Positions 24,332 to 33,844 of a DNA stretch of 33,844 nt are shown here, one piece after another. The number at the start of each line of letters is the position of its first letter. The stretch's first letter is position 1. Below the pieces are notes generated by a model. It was not told where the DNA came from. It ran no database searches and saw nothing but the letters and a program-made list of their open reading frames with translations. This DNA comes from Chrysochromulina tobinii. Its lineage: Eukaryota. The position numbers were made by a program, and so were the translations under genes. The stretch is taken from contig JWZX01002869.1 in NCBI GenBank assembly GCA_001275005.1, positions 1 through 33,844 of the forward strand, in the 5' to 3' direction.

Positions 24332-24436
24332 GTGAGAGGAAATGTCGGCGAAAACTCCTTGAATTCCATTGCTGTGAATGCTTGTCGGGCGAAAAGTCGG
24401 AACCACTCGCCGTTCGATCGTTCGCGCGAAAGGGAC

Positions 24437-24586
24437 CAGTCAGTCAGTTAACATTAATATCATTTACTCATTGTGTTATTGTCCCCCCCGTACCCCCCCG
24501 CCCCCCCAATGAGTAAAATCGCGCTGCTCTACTTCAAGTATAAAATGTTGTCGACTTTGCCTCAGTTCTTGGTTGTCGACTTTGCC
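24437..24586. repeat. Microsatellite + hairpin + direct repeat cluster (possible element terminus)
   Basis: (CAGT)3 at ~24437; 11-bp inverted repeat TTTACTCATTG (24463-24473) / CAATGAGTAAA (24507-24517) around three C-runs; 15-bp direct repeat GTTGTCGACTTTGCC at 24547 and 24572. Confidence 0.7.
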
Positions 24587-24965
24587 GATCGCACGGTTCG
24601 GGGTGCGAGATTAGAGATTATGAGGCTCCGGCGCATATTAGATCGGGTGTTCGAGTCACGCGACCCGTTCGAGGCTCTTGACACTTGACTTTACGAATTA
24701 CGATAACTATGTAAAAAGTCCTGCCGCCGCTCCGCGAGCTCGGGACCATGGCAGATCGGCTCGGGACGCCTACTATGCACACACTAGCGCGCTACATGTA
24801 GCCACTACTCCACGCACAAGCGCATGGAAAGGACTCAAGGAAGGTCCGGGTCGCCCATGCACGGAAGACGCACAGAGATCGCACCACGCGCTTCCGCTGG
24901 GTCTGTAGCCGTATGATGGCATGGTAGAGCCCAATACTGACAACATTCGATGTACAAGTGATCCA

Positions 24966-25749
24966 TCATCCGATAAGCATCATGCCGTGATCGAAGGCGC
25001 TCAATGGCATCAGGAACGGCGACACGGCGCGGTCCCGGATGGTCCCCGATGGCGGGAGGGACCAGTCGCTCGACACGGCGCAGTTCAGGATGGCCCCCGA
25101 TGGCGGGAGGGACCAGTCGCTGTCCTTGGAGAGCGTCGTGATGCAGTGCCACATGACGACGCCGAGCCCGACGGCCCAAAGGACGACAAGCAAAAGCTCC
25201 TCGTGCCATGGGGGTCGGACAGACGGGAGACGCGCGCGGGCGCAGATGGCATCTGTGATCGCAGTGCCTCGCACTTCACAAGATTCGGTCAAATAGTACT
25301 CGCGACCATCATCCATGATCTTGCGAGCTCTGATTTGGTGCACGAACTCGCGGCCGCCGCGAGTGTAGTTGATGATCGTCATGCGAGCTGCTCCTTCGCT
25401 TTTGAGTCTGCTGACGAATGCCTTTGCCTTGTTCGCATCTGTCCTCTTCCCTTGTAGGAGCTCCTTGGCTGCCGAAACGAGAAGCCGAGCCGCGCGGCCC
25501 GTTAGCAGGTTGAGGGGAGAAGGGGCCATGGATGTCGGGGACGTCGTCTCCGATATGCTTACGATTCTTGTACAACGCCTCCTCGGGGGAGTAGCAGCAC
25601 AACTTCGACCAAGCCGAATTCACGGCGACGATTTCATATGGTTCACGGGCAACGTTCAAGACGCAGGCTGTGCTGGAGCTTGACAGCGCTTGTCGAATCG
25701 AACTGTGGCGCGTGAGGTCCGTATCAAAGCCGTTAGTCGTGGATGACAT
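24966..25749 (-). CDS. PAS-domain protein with a C-terminal transmembrane helix; exons 25749-25563 and 25468-24966
   Basis: An intron GTAAGC..GCTAAC..GGCAG (25562-25469, 94 nt) joins two listed ORFs into PYEIVAVNSAWSKLCCYSPEEALYKNPKELLQGKRTD...TIINYTRGGREF, a PAS fold. The TM segment is LLLVVLWAVGLGVVMW. Confidence 0.8.
25020..25121. repeat. 51-bp tandem duplication inside the PAS gene (SDWSLPPSG x2)
   Basis: CGACACGGCGC...CCCCGATGGCGGGAGGGACCAGTCGCT at 25020 and 25071. Confidence 0.9.
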
Positions 25750-26266
25750 GTCGGCTTCGCCGCGATCGAGGACTGCCCTCCCGCCGATGAAGGAAGTCCC
25801 GACACCCGAGAGTGCTCGTTTGTTTCGGCAAGCAGCAGAACTGACGAAACGCAAAATTAAAAGGGACATCAAGTTTAATTCCTTCTCAACCGAGACGCGA
25901 AGATCAGAACATCGAGGGTTCTGCCCCGGAATGATCAATTGATCTTGCAAAGTTGCAATTGCTATAGGATTCCTAAACACTCTCTCACGTCTCACCAGAC
26001 AGCGCTGACGTTCCTCCTTGGTACCGGTAGGCTTTCGTGCGGGGCTCCAAACTTTTCATTTTCCCGAGGGGTCACACGGAAAACTGATCGCAAATTCGTC
26101 AACGAAAAAAGGTCAGCGCGTTCTAGACGCGTCTTTTGCTCGTGTCGCGTCAAACGGAGCCGCGTCCTCGCCCGAAGGACCCCGTCCTTGGGTTTAGGAC
26201 AGGGGCGTGAAACCGCCCTCTTGGCCCCGACGCCGACGCAAAAAGACCAATACAAGTAAGATTAAA

Positions 26267-27356
26267 ATGGCGCAGCCGCCGCCGCAGCCACCAGCGTACC
26301 CGACGTATTTGGATTCGATTGGCAAGACGCCGCTTGCGAATCGACCGGATGCTCCCGGAAGCGGCGAAGCATGCGACAGTCCTCGTCAAGCTGGAGATGC
26401 AGAATCCAGGCGGAAGCATCAAAGACCGGATTGCCCTCCAAATGATCGAGTCCGCCGAAAAGGCGGGGCTGCTCAAGCCGGGAATGACCGTAGTCGAAGC
26501 GACGTCTGGCAACACGGGCATCGGTATCGCAATGGTCTGCGCCGCCAAGGGCTACGCGTGCATCATCATTATGCCTCAAGTCCCAGCCATGATGGAGCGT
26601 GTGATGATCATCCGACAGTTTGGCGGGGAGGTTCGGCTGACCGCCCCGGGGTTTGGGATCAAAGGCTCGCTGGAGCACTACGAGGCCATCCTCGCGTCCG
26701 ACCCGAGCAAGTACTTTGGCACGGCGCAGTTTACCAATCTATCAAACCCGGAGGCGCACTACCTCACTACTGGTCCGGAGATCTGGGAGCAAACGGCGGG
26801 GCAAGTCGACGTATTCATTCACGGCATCGGCACGGGCGGCTGCATCTCGGGCGCGGGCAAGTTCCTCAAGGAGAAGAAGCCGAGCGTTCAGGTGGTCGCC
26901 ATCGAGCCCGAGGAGGCGCGAGTCCATCTGGGAGCTCCGATGAAGCCGCATCCGATTGTCGGGATCGGTGCCGGCCTCGTTACACACTTCCTCGGAATGG
27001 AGGGCAAGGCGCTCGATGGCGTGGGAGAGGACGGCAAGGGGACGCCCCTGCCGGGCGTGATCGACGAATGGGCCTGCGCCTCGGGCGCCGAGTGCGTCGA
27101 GTACGCAAAGAAGGCGGCCATGCAGGAGGGCATCATGTGCGGACCTTCAGCGGGCGCTGCGCTCAAGGTTGCTCTGCAGGTGGCCTCACGCCCCGAATCG
27201 GCCGGCAAGACAATCGTCGTCATCCTCGCGTCCCATGGCATCCGTTACACCGCGCATCCTCTTTGGGCCGCGGTGAAGGCGCAGGCCGTGCCGGCGCTGC
27301 CGGCGCCTCCCGACATGTCCAAGGAAGGCGAGCTCCTTCGCGCCACTCTCGCCTGA
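26267..27356 (+). CDS. cysK: Cysteine synthase (O-acetylserine thiol-lyase) with a frameshift at ~26336
   Basis: MAQPPP...SIGKTPL is in one frame. RIDRML...NPGGSIKDR (PLP Lys), EATSGNTGI, GIGTGG and GPSAGA are in the next frame. Confidence 0.9.
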
Positions 27357-27547
27357 GGAGGCCACAGTGGGTTTGCAGGCTGCAGCGAGCGGCAGCACGG
27401 ATGAGCGGCTCCCACAATGCATGGCGGTGTCGATGGCGGCGATGGTGAACATGCGCGCGGCGCCGTGAGGGGCGCGGGGCCGTAAGGTTCGGCGCGTGCG
27501 AGGAGCACGGTGCAGCGGTGCACGCAGTGGGCAGGCAATCGATCGGT

Positions 27548-29070
27548 TGACAAGCTATCGAGGTACGTCGTTTAATAGGAGCGCAGACCCAGCAGCGGGA
27601 CGGGGGGCGAGGTATTTCTTCAACGAATATTTCACTAACTTCCGTTATTGTCATTCGTTTTTCAGCTGTAATACATGAATGGAAACAAAAGCCCTAACGG
27701 CTTTTTATGGTCCAAGAGACCTTACACAGGATCGCCGCGCGTCCACCCCTCTCACAGCCCGACCCTCGCACAATGGCGGTCACCATCACGCTCGGCCGCA
27801 ACGACGAGTTCCTACTTCAAGGACGCCCTCGAGCATCCTCTTGAAGATGCTGCGTGGGGGCTTTGCTCCCTCCGGCTATAGACCATCAAACGACCAACCA
27901 ATCGAATTCGGAGCCCTGCACGTCCCCTTCGACATGCCGCTCACAATCGCCGACCTTGTCCGAAACGCCCATCAGGAATCCAGCAGATTCCCTATGACGC
28001 GAACCGCTCCGCGGTTCACCCCAGCGACATCAGCGCAGCGAACGATCGAGCTCGGACAAGATGTGACATGACAACGTCTTCGCGCAAAAAAAAAAAAAGA
28101 AAAACAAAACAAAATCCGCAAAAATCGTTGCAGGATTGCAGACACTGATTTTTGATGAATTTCGCGGATTCCTGATTGACACCCCGAATCCAACGATTAA
28201 GTAACTGACACCCTGCAACCGAAACCCGCGCAGGAACTTACCACCATCACCGCCTCGTCACCGCCCTCCCCCTCAGGGGGTGGGCGCGGCCGGCTCCCCT
28301 TAAGGGGTCGGTCACGACGAGCACCACCACGACACCGTCGCCCCACGGCGCGACGCCCCCCCATCCGGGGGCGGGCCGTGAAACGCATCGAAAAATCCTC
28401 CCCAGGGTGGATGGTTTTTCCACAACCTCCCGAACTTCCCCTACGGAAAAGGGGGGTTCGATGTGTCGGGAGGGGGGGGTAAGGGGTCACCGGGTGTCAT
28501 CACACTGATGAACCCCGGGCCGTATAGGCCGTTATACTTGTGGGGGTGGCACGTAGGGAGGTTGCAAACGAACCGCCCTCTGCCAAGGGGGGGTTCGCTA
28601 GCCGCCCGATGGTCGCCCGCCTCGTTAGGTACGGTCCGGTGAGACAAAAGAAAAACTTTTCTATACGGTAGGCGCGATTTAAGTAACGTAATATGTGGGA
28701 CTGACTCACGGTGCCGAGGTCGACATTGACTGCCGACAGTGTCCCCAGACAGCCGATCTGTCGTTTTACTATTTCTCGAACCCCCCATTCCGCTCGTCGT
28801 TTCACCTGTGTGTGTCGCGTTGTACCGGTGCGTTCCCTGTGGGAACGACCTTAAGGAGCTCGTGCTCACCATCGGCGGCTACCGCTACGTCGTCTTTGCC
28901 ATCGACGAGTGGATCGGCTCCTTTCTCGGCCGCTCTCGCTATTCCAAGGGGGGGGGTACGACGTGCTCGTCGGCCAGAAGGTCGTCACCTCGTCAAGCGT
29001 CCTCGTTGACGAGGAAGATTTCGACTGGGCCCCGCCCGCCAAACGGCACCAGCCCCTCACCGCAGTTGCC
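27548..29070 (+). mobile_element. Decayed, internally deleted Ty1/copia LTR-retrotransposon remnant (boundaries uncertain)
   Basis: 28847-29070 reads DLKELVLTIGGYRYVVFAIDE (start of the integrase core) fused to GSFLGRSRYSKGG/YDVLVGQKVVTSSSVLVDEEDF (post-integrase copia motif), with a frameshift in a G9 run. A frameshifted coding-like stretch starts at ATG 27773. A weak PBS-like TGGTCCAAGAG lies at 27708. Confidence 0.65.
28206..28678. ncRNA. Candidate highly structured non-coding segment of unknown class
   Basis: More than 10 nested perfect or near-perfect stems found by eye, flanked by TTAAGTAAC direct repeats. Confidence 0.4.
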
Positions 29071-29442
29071 AGGAAATTTTCTCCTTCTTGCGCTTCGTCG
29101 ACATCGGAGCGGCGCGCGTGCGCGAGGAAAACACGCGCCATTATTTGGGCTTTCTTGTTAACAGTGAAACGAGACACATTATTTCGTTTCACGCCTTTTT
29201 CTCCGTTTCACACTCACTTCTCGAGGTCTCCATCAGTTTTTTCGTGAGGGGATTGCAGCGAGCAGCGTTTTGGGCATGCGACAAAAGGCCTTATGAAAAT
29301 CGTCAAAATTTTTCGCGCCCCCCGTCAATTTTTCTCTTTTTTCCTTTTTCCCCCTTTCCCCTTTTCTTCCTCCCCGCCCCCCCACCCCACGGAAAAGGTC
29401 CGAGCAGCGCACTCTGCTCAGTACACGTTTCTCCCCGTGAGC

Positions 29443-30780
29443 ATGTGCGCAGTGCTGATTCGGGCCCTTGTGCTCTTTTACCAGATTGATGCGGTCGTCG
29501 GATGGCTGCCGTCTTCGTTGGCAGCACAGCCTACAGGTGACAGATCTACGTGTGCTTACGATAAGTTGGAAAAGGGACTGGGTGTGCCTTGCAACAGAAA
29601 GGCTTGCGTGTTTGATGATGTCGTTGTCACTGCAACCTTTCCTTCAGGGTGGATCATGGCGGGTGACGGTGAAGGTAGGAAAGCTATCATCGACCCGAAA
29701 TATGCGTTCTCGCCCCGGCATGAGTGCGCTGCTTATGGTGCTGGTATAGCGGACGACTGGAGCTTTGAAGCGTCGTTAGTGAAAAGCTGTGAGGTGCATG
29801 CTTTTGACTGCACAGTTTGGGACGTTGGTGGCATGATGGCCGCTGCGGGTATTCGCTTCGCCCCAACCTGTATCGGCAGGGATCAAGCTCTCACAGTGGG
29901 CGAGCTGTATCAGCAGCAATTAAGGGGCACCAGGGGATCCGCGTCGGTCAAGCAGTCTGCACCTGAATGGATGAAACATAAAGTTCGGGACCAAGGCGAT
30001 TTACACTGGGAGATCAGCGGACCTGCGTGCTACAGGGTGATCAACAAAGGAGAGAGTTGTGCGGAGACCTGCGCAGTCAGGGGCTCGGGCGGCTGCTCGG
30101 AAGACCACATGCGCTCGCTTGCGAACGCAAAGATATTGAAGGCTGCGGTGCAGCAGTTTGGCAAACAATGCGATCGTATGAAGGCGAGCCACGTCGCTGG
30201 CTCATGGGATGGACCATGGGTTGCTGATAACGGAGATTGCGGATACAACGACCACGCGGATTGGCAGCCGAGCTGTTCAACACGTGCGGCCTGCGGTAAC
30301 CACCGAGTCTGCGCGTGTAATCAATCCATGCCTGCGATCACGCTGCCAAGGAATATCTCCAAGCCGGCCTTCGAGCCACTCAACATGGTCCTTAAAGATC
30401 GTGGTCACATGCACCTAGACATGATGAAGATAGACATTGAGGGTGGCGAGTGGCCGCTCTTTGAGGAACAGATATTGAACGCCAACAACTCTGGTGGCAT
30501 CCTTCCGAATCAAATATCTTTTGAGCTGCACACAAAGTTTGGGAATATGGAATTTGTGTCCCAGGCACTGGCGGGCACGAAAGGTAGGCATGCGGTCAAC
30601 CTTCTATTCATGAAACTATGGAAGCTTGGGTACCGCGTCGTATCGAAAGAGCTTAACAGGGGAGATGCTGGTTGCGCCGAGTTTGTTGTTGCGCGGCTTG
30701 GAATGCCCATGGGAATACCTGCAAACAAGGCCCACAACACATGGGAAAACGTGATAAAACATGCCCGCATGGTTTGCTGA
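29443..30780 (+). CDS. Secretory-pathway METTL24/Methyltransf_22-like methyltransferase with an inserted Cys-rich module
   Basis: Hydrophobic N-terminus from ATG 29443. Contains AYGAGIADDWSFE...CEVHAFDCT, HLDMMKIDIEGGEW and PNQISFELH. Confidence 0.8.
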   Translation: MCAVLIRALVLFYQIDAVVGWLPSSLAAQPTGDRSTCAYDKLEKGLGVPCNRKACVFDDVVVTATFPSGWIMAGDGEGRKAIIDPKYAFSPRHECAAYGAGIADDWSFEASLVKSCEVHAFDCTVWDVGGMMAAAGIRFAPTCIGRDQALTVGELYQQQLRGTRGSASVKQSAPEWMKHKVRDQGDLHWEISGPACYRVINKGESCAETCAVRGSGGCSEDHMRSLANAKILKAAVQQFGKQCDRMKASHVAGSWDGPWVADNGDCGYNDHADWQPSCSTRAACGNHRVCACNQSMPAITLPRNISKPAFEPLNMVLKDRGHMHLDMMKIDIEGGEWPLFEEQILNANNSGGILPNQISFELHTKFGNMEFVSQALAGTKGRHAVNLLFMKLWKLGYRVVSKELNRGDAGCAEFVVARLGMPMGIPANKAHNTWENVIKHARMVC

Positions 30781-31273
30781 CAGCTGGTGCGGAGCGGAGT
30801 CACGACCGACGAGACGTTCAAGATACACTCGGGAATATCGCATCGGATGCGGTGTCATCTGTCCAAGGTCGACGTTGCGTGTGTGACTAGCGACTGCAGA
30901 CCCTGGATGTGAGGGATTTACCCAAGGACGCAAGGAGGAGTAGGGATGGATATATATGTTTGCACATGATACCCATACCTAATTGCACGGGGCACGGGCG
31001 CAAGTCTTGCGAGCGGAACCCGAAAGCGGAACGGATTCGGAAACCCTCGCCGGTCCGGGCGGTCGCCTTGCATTTCCCTGCCCGCCAGAGCAGCGACCGT
31101 GGTTACAGGTTTTTCCCCTGGTCGTTCAGACCGAATCTTTTCTGTATTGGCCGTTGGAAGGTCGCACAGAAACCTAAAATGCGCCTCGGTGAAGACGAGC
31201 TGCACCTTGTTCGAGATACAGTGGCCAGCGCGAGCTGTCCCGATAGATCCGTCGCCCAGAATTCACCGTGTGA

Positions 31274-33844
31274 ACACACATAGATCTTCGTGGTGCTGGA
31301 AGCTCGCTCTCGCACAGCTTCTCGTCGTCGAGCGGCGTGGGCTTTTCTCCTGAGTACCAGAGCCCGCCCCACTGTGATGTTGGAGACGTGGGCTTGACGT
31401 TTGCGTCTGTCATGAGTGCGGCGAGATTGACCTCCCAGACGACGAATTCTGGGATGCTGATAGGTCATACTCCATCACCATCGCCGCCTCCGCCCTCGCC
31501 GCCTCCGCCCTCGCCGCCGCCGCCGCCGCCGTCACCACCACCATCTCCACCGCCTTCACCGCCTCCGCCATCGCCGCCTCCGCCATCGCCTCCGCCACCG
31601 TCTCCCCCGCCGTCACCACCACCATCTCCACCGCCTTCACCGCCTCCGCCATCGCCTCCGCCGTCGCCGCCTCCGCCATCGCCTCCGCCCCCTTCACCAC
31701 CGCCGCTCACCGTAATGCGTATCAGTGCAGAGAGTGGAGACGATGCGCAGCCGTTCCCGCAGTTCGAGGGAGAGTTCGGACCGTCCCACTATAACCTGGC
31801 TGCTCGCGCCAGGCTTAATGCAACAGTCGATTGGAATGACGCATCGTGCGATCACGGAGAGGTCATTCTTTCCCCCGACCTATCAGACATGCTTCAGCAA
31901 CTCGTAAGCCGTGCCAGTTGGTCAACTGGCGGCCACACAGCTTTGCTAATCAATAGCACCCTCGGGAGCCTGAGCATCTCAGGTGTAGCTGGCGCGGCGC
32001 CGCAGATAATTGTGTACTACTTCCAGCCTGAACCACCAGCACCAGACCTCACCGCCTTTGTCCCTATATTGGAAGAGTCTGACGTGCGTGTCGAGTCTAC
32101 TCTGACTGGCGAGGTCATCAACAGTCAGAACACCATCCCACTAACTGTTCCTGTTGTGATAGGACTTCACTTCAGGCAGCTTGAAATTCCTCGGATGGGA
32201 AGAATCTTGAGCGCTGCTGTGGAGCTTCATGTCACTAGGCCGGAATCCAACATCTTTGCTTCGGCCATTATCACCGCCGAGCAGACGAGCAGTGCAATGC
32301 CGTTCACCCGTGGAATGGCTGGTGATCTTGCAGGTCGCAATTACTTGTCCGGGCCAGTGGTCAACTGGGGAAATATACCGTCTACAATTGGGCTCGCTGA
32401 AGAGCCACTCTGCACACCGGATATTGCTGATTTGATTCAAGATATTGTCAACCGACCAAGCTGGAACCGCGGCAACAGCATCAACATCTTCATAACAGCG
32501 ACGCGGGGCAGTCGAAGCTTCGGTCCTGCAGGTCTGATGTACGGGCCATCATTGACAGTTCGATATCTTGAGAGGAATGAGCCTCCCGTCACACCACCGC
32601 CTCCGGATGAGCCGCCGGCTCAGCCATCCCCGCCGCCTTTCCCGCCGTCACCGATGCCGCCGCCAATCCCACCGCTGATACCTCCTTCACCACCACCGCC
32701 TTCTGATGCAGTATCTTTCCTTGCTGCTCTATATGGAGCATGGGATGGACCCAACTGGGACGAGCCTTTTAGGGCCAACTGGCTCGGTGCACAAGAGCCG
32801 TGCGACGGTAGCAGTGCACGCTGGGGCGGCTCATCGTCCATCCTGGGATGCAGAGATGGCGACATCGTTTCTATTTCTTTAGATGCAGCTTCTGTTGCAA
32901 TGGCCAATGCCGTCAACATCACTGGGTATGCTCGAGCGCCACTCCCAACTGAAGTGGGCTTGCTCAGTCAGCTGGAAACGCTCACCATCACCGACGTACC
33001 AGTCCCTGGCTTACTACCATCGCAGTTGGGACGCTTGAATTCACTGCACACCCTTCGCATTGACAACACCTCGATGTTTGGGCGAATTCCATCAGAGCTT
33101 GGTACTGCACGTTCTCTGCAGTATCTGCACCTCGCACACACATCGTTTGTGGGTCACATTCCCTCCGAGTTGGCCGGTCTGAGCATACTTGCAGAAGTGA
33201 AGCTCGAGGCATTGCCCATAAGTGGTAGCATTCCACCAAGAGTCGGAAACATGCCGATGCTGGCGAATTTGAGTCTGCGTGACACAAGCATTACTGGTAC
33301 CCTGCCATCCGAGCTCAGCTTGCTGCATTCGAAATTACAGCGTCTTCACCTTGCTGGCACTCATATTGAAGGTCCATTTCCAGATCCTTCACCATTTTAT
33401 CACTTCTGGTACATGCTTCGTGAACTACTCGAATGTGATTTAGGGTCTGCTCGGCTCCAATGCAGCGAGACGGAAATCATGCTACTCCGCAATACTCCGT
33501 GCACTGCACGGGCGTGCCTACCATTTCAAGCAGCACCTCCCAGCCCATCCCCCCCTCCATTTCCGCCCTTTCCACCGTCACGGCCGCCGCCGTTTCCACC
33601 GCCTTCACATCCACCTCCTCTGCCGCCATCACCACCTTTGTTGCCACCAGAGTCGCCGACACCCCTTCCTCCTCCATCTCCCCCCCCAGCTCCAACGTCT
33701 CCTCCGCTGCCTCCACTGGCACCGCCTCAGCCACCAGCTCCCCCATTCCCTCCTAAATCCCCACCGCCGCCGTCTCCTCCTCCTCCGAAACCGCCTCCAC
33801 CAGCGCCCCCCCCGCCCTCGCCGCCTCCCCCCTCTCCACCGCCC
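31274..33844 (+). CDS. Extracellular-type poly-Pro + two beta-sandwich repeats + plant-type LRR protein, 3'-partial (absent from the ORF track)
   Basis: Frame 2 is open from 31274 to the window end; the first in-frame ATG is 31412 and the true start is unresolved. It has SPPPP tracts, an LRR N-cap (FLAALYGAWDGPNW..NWLGAQEPC) and LRRs LPTEVGLLSQL, GRIPSELG, GHIPSELAGL, GSIPPRVG and GTLPSELSLL. Confidence 0.85.

Noticed and set aside
25469..25562. Apparent frameshift between two minus-strand ORFs
   Set aside because: Explained by a canonical GT-AG intron with a branch point.
27688..27700. CCCTAAC as a telomerase template or telomeric repeat
   Set aside because: A single 7-mer, expected by chance.
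28505..28560. CTGATGA as a hammerhead ribozyme core
   Set aside because: No GAAA follows a plausible stem II, and CTGATGA is itself paired with TCATCA just upstream.
28610..28670. Group II intron domain V/VI or HDV-like ribozyme (GGTACGGTCCGGTGAGA; CCTCGT loop)
   Set aside because: The resemblance is only partial. There is no well-paired DV stem with a catalytic triad and GNRA loop, no GTGYG 5' end, and the HDV P3/L3 and J4/2 consensus is not met. It is kept only as part of the unclassified structure.
31410..33756. Gly-rich and Ala/Glu-rich minus-strand ORFs (31465-31710, 31410-31700, 32620-32922, 33477-33746)
   Set aside because: They are antisense shadows of the poly-Pro tracts in the + strand gene.

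Overview
GC-rich, gene-dense, intron-poor eukaryotic nuclear DNA, most likely from an alga with a complex red plastid. A haptophyte (Chrysochromulina-like) is inferred from signal-plus-transit presequences and repeat-filled introns; this is not verified. About 16 protein genes are visible, many in head-to-head pairs: flavin amine oxidase, a PGPGQY-motif protein, a zf-PARP/PADR1 protein with no catalytic domain, a KH-like/UBA/RING ligase, plastid Cpn60 (1 intron), a large low-complexity protein, a charged repeat protein, a C2-PP2C phosphatase, a DUF1664-like protein, a double-AAA ATPase resembling bacterial Afp15-type ATPases, a hypothetical protein (1 intron), a DUF2834-like plastid membrane protein, a PAS-TM protein (1 intron), a frameshifted cysteine synthase, a METTL24-like methyltransferase, and a poly-Pro/LRR protein that runs off the window and is missing from the ORF track. 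Non-coding highlights are a decayed Ty1/copia remnant carrying a ~470-nt densely base-paired segment between 9-bp direct repeats, a tRNA-like element, and several small repeats. There is no CRISPR array, rRNA or intact tRNA. All family calls come from recognising motifs by eye; no searches were run.
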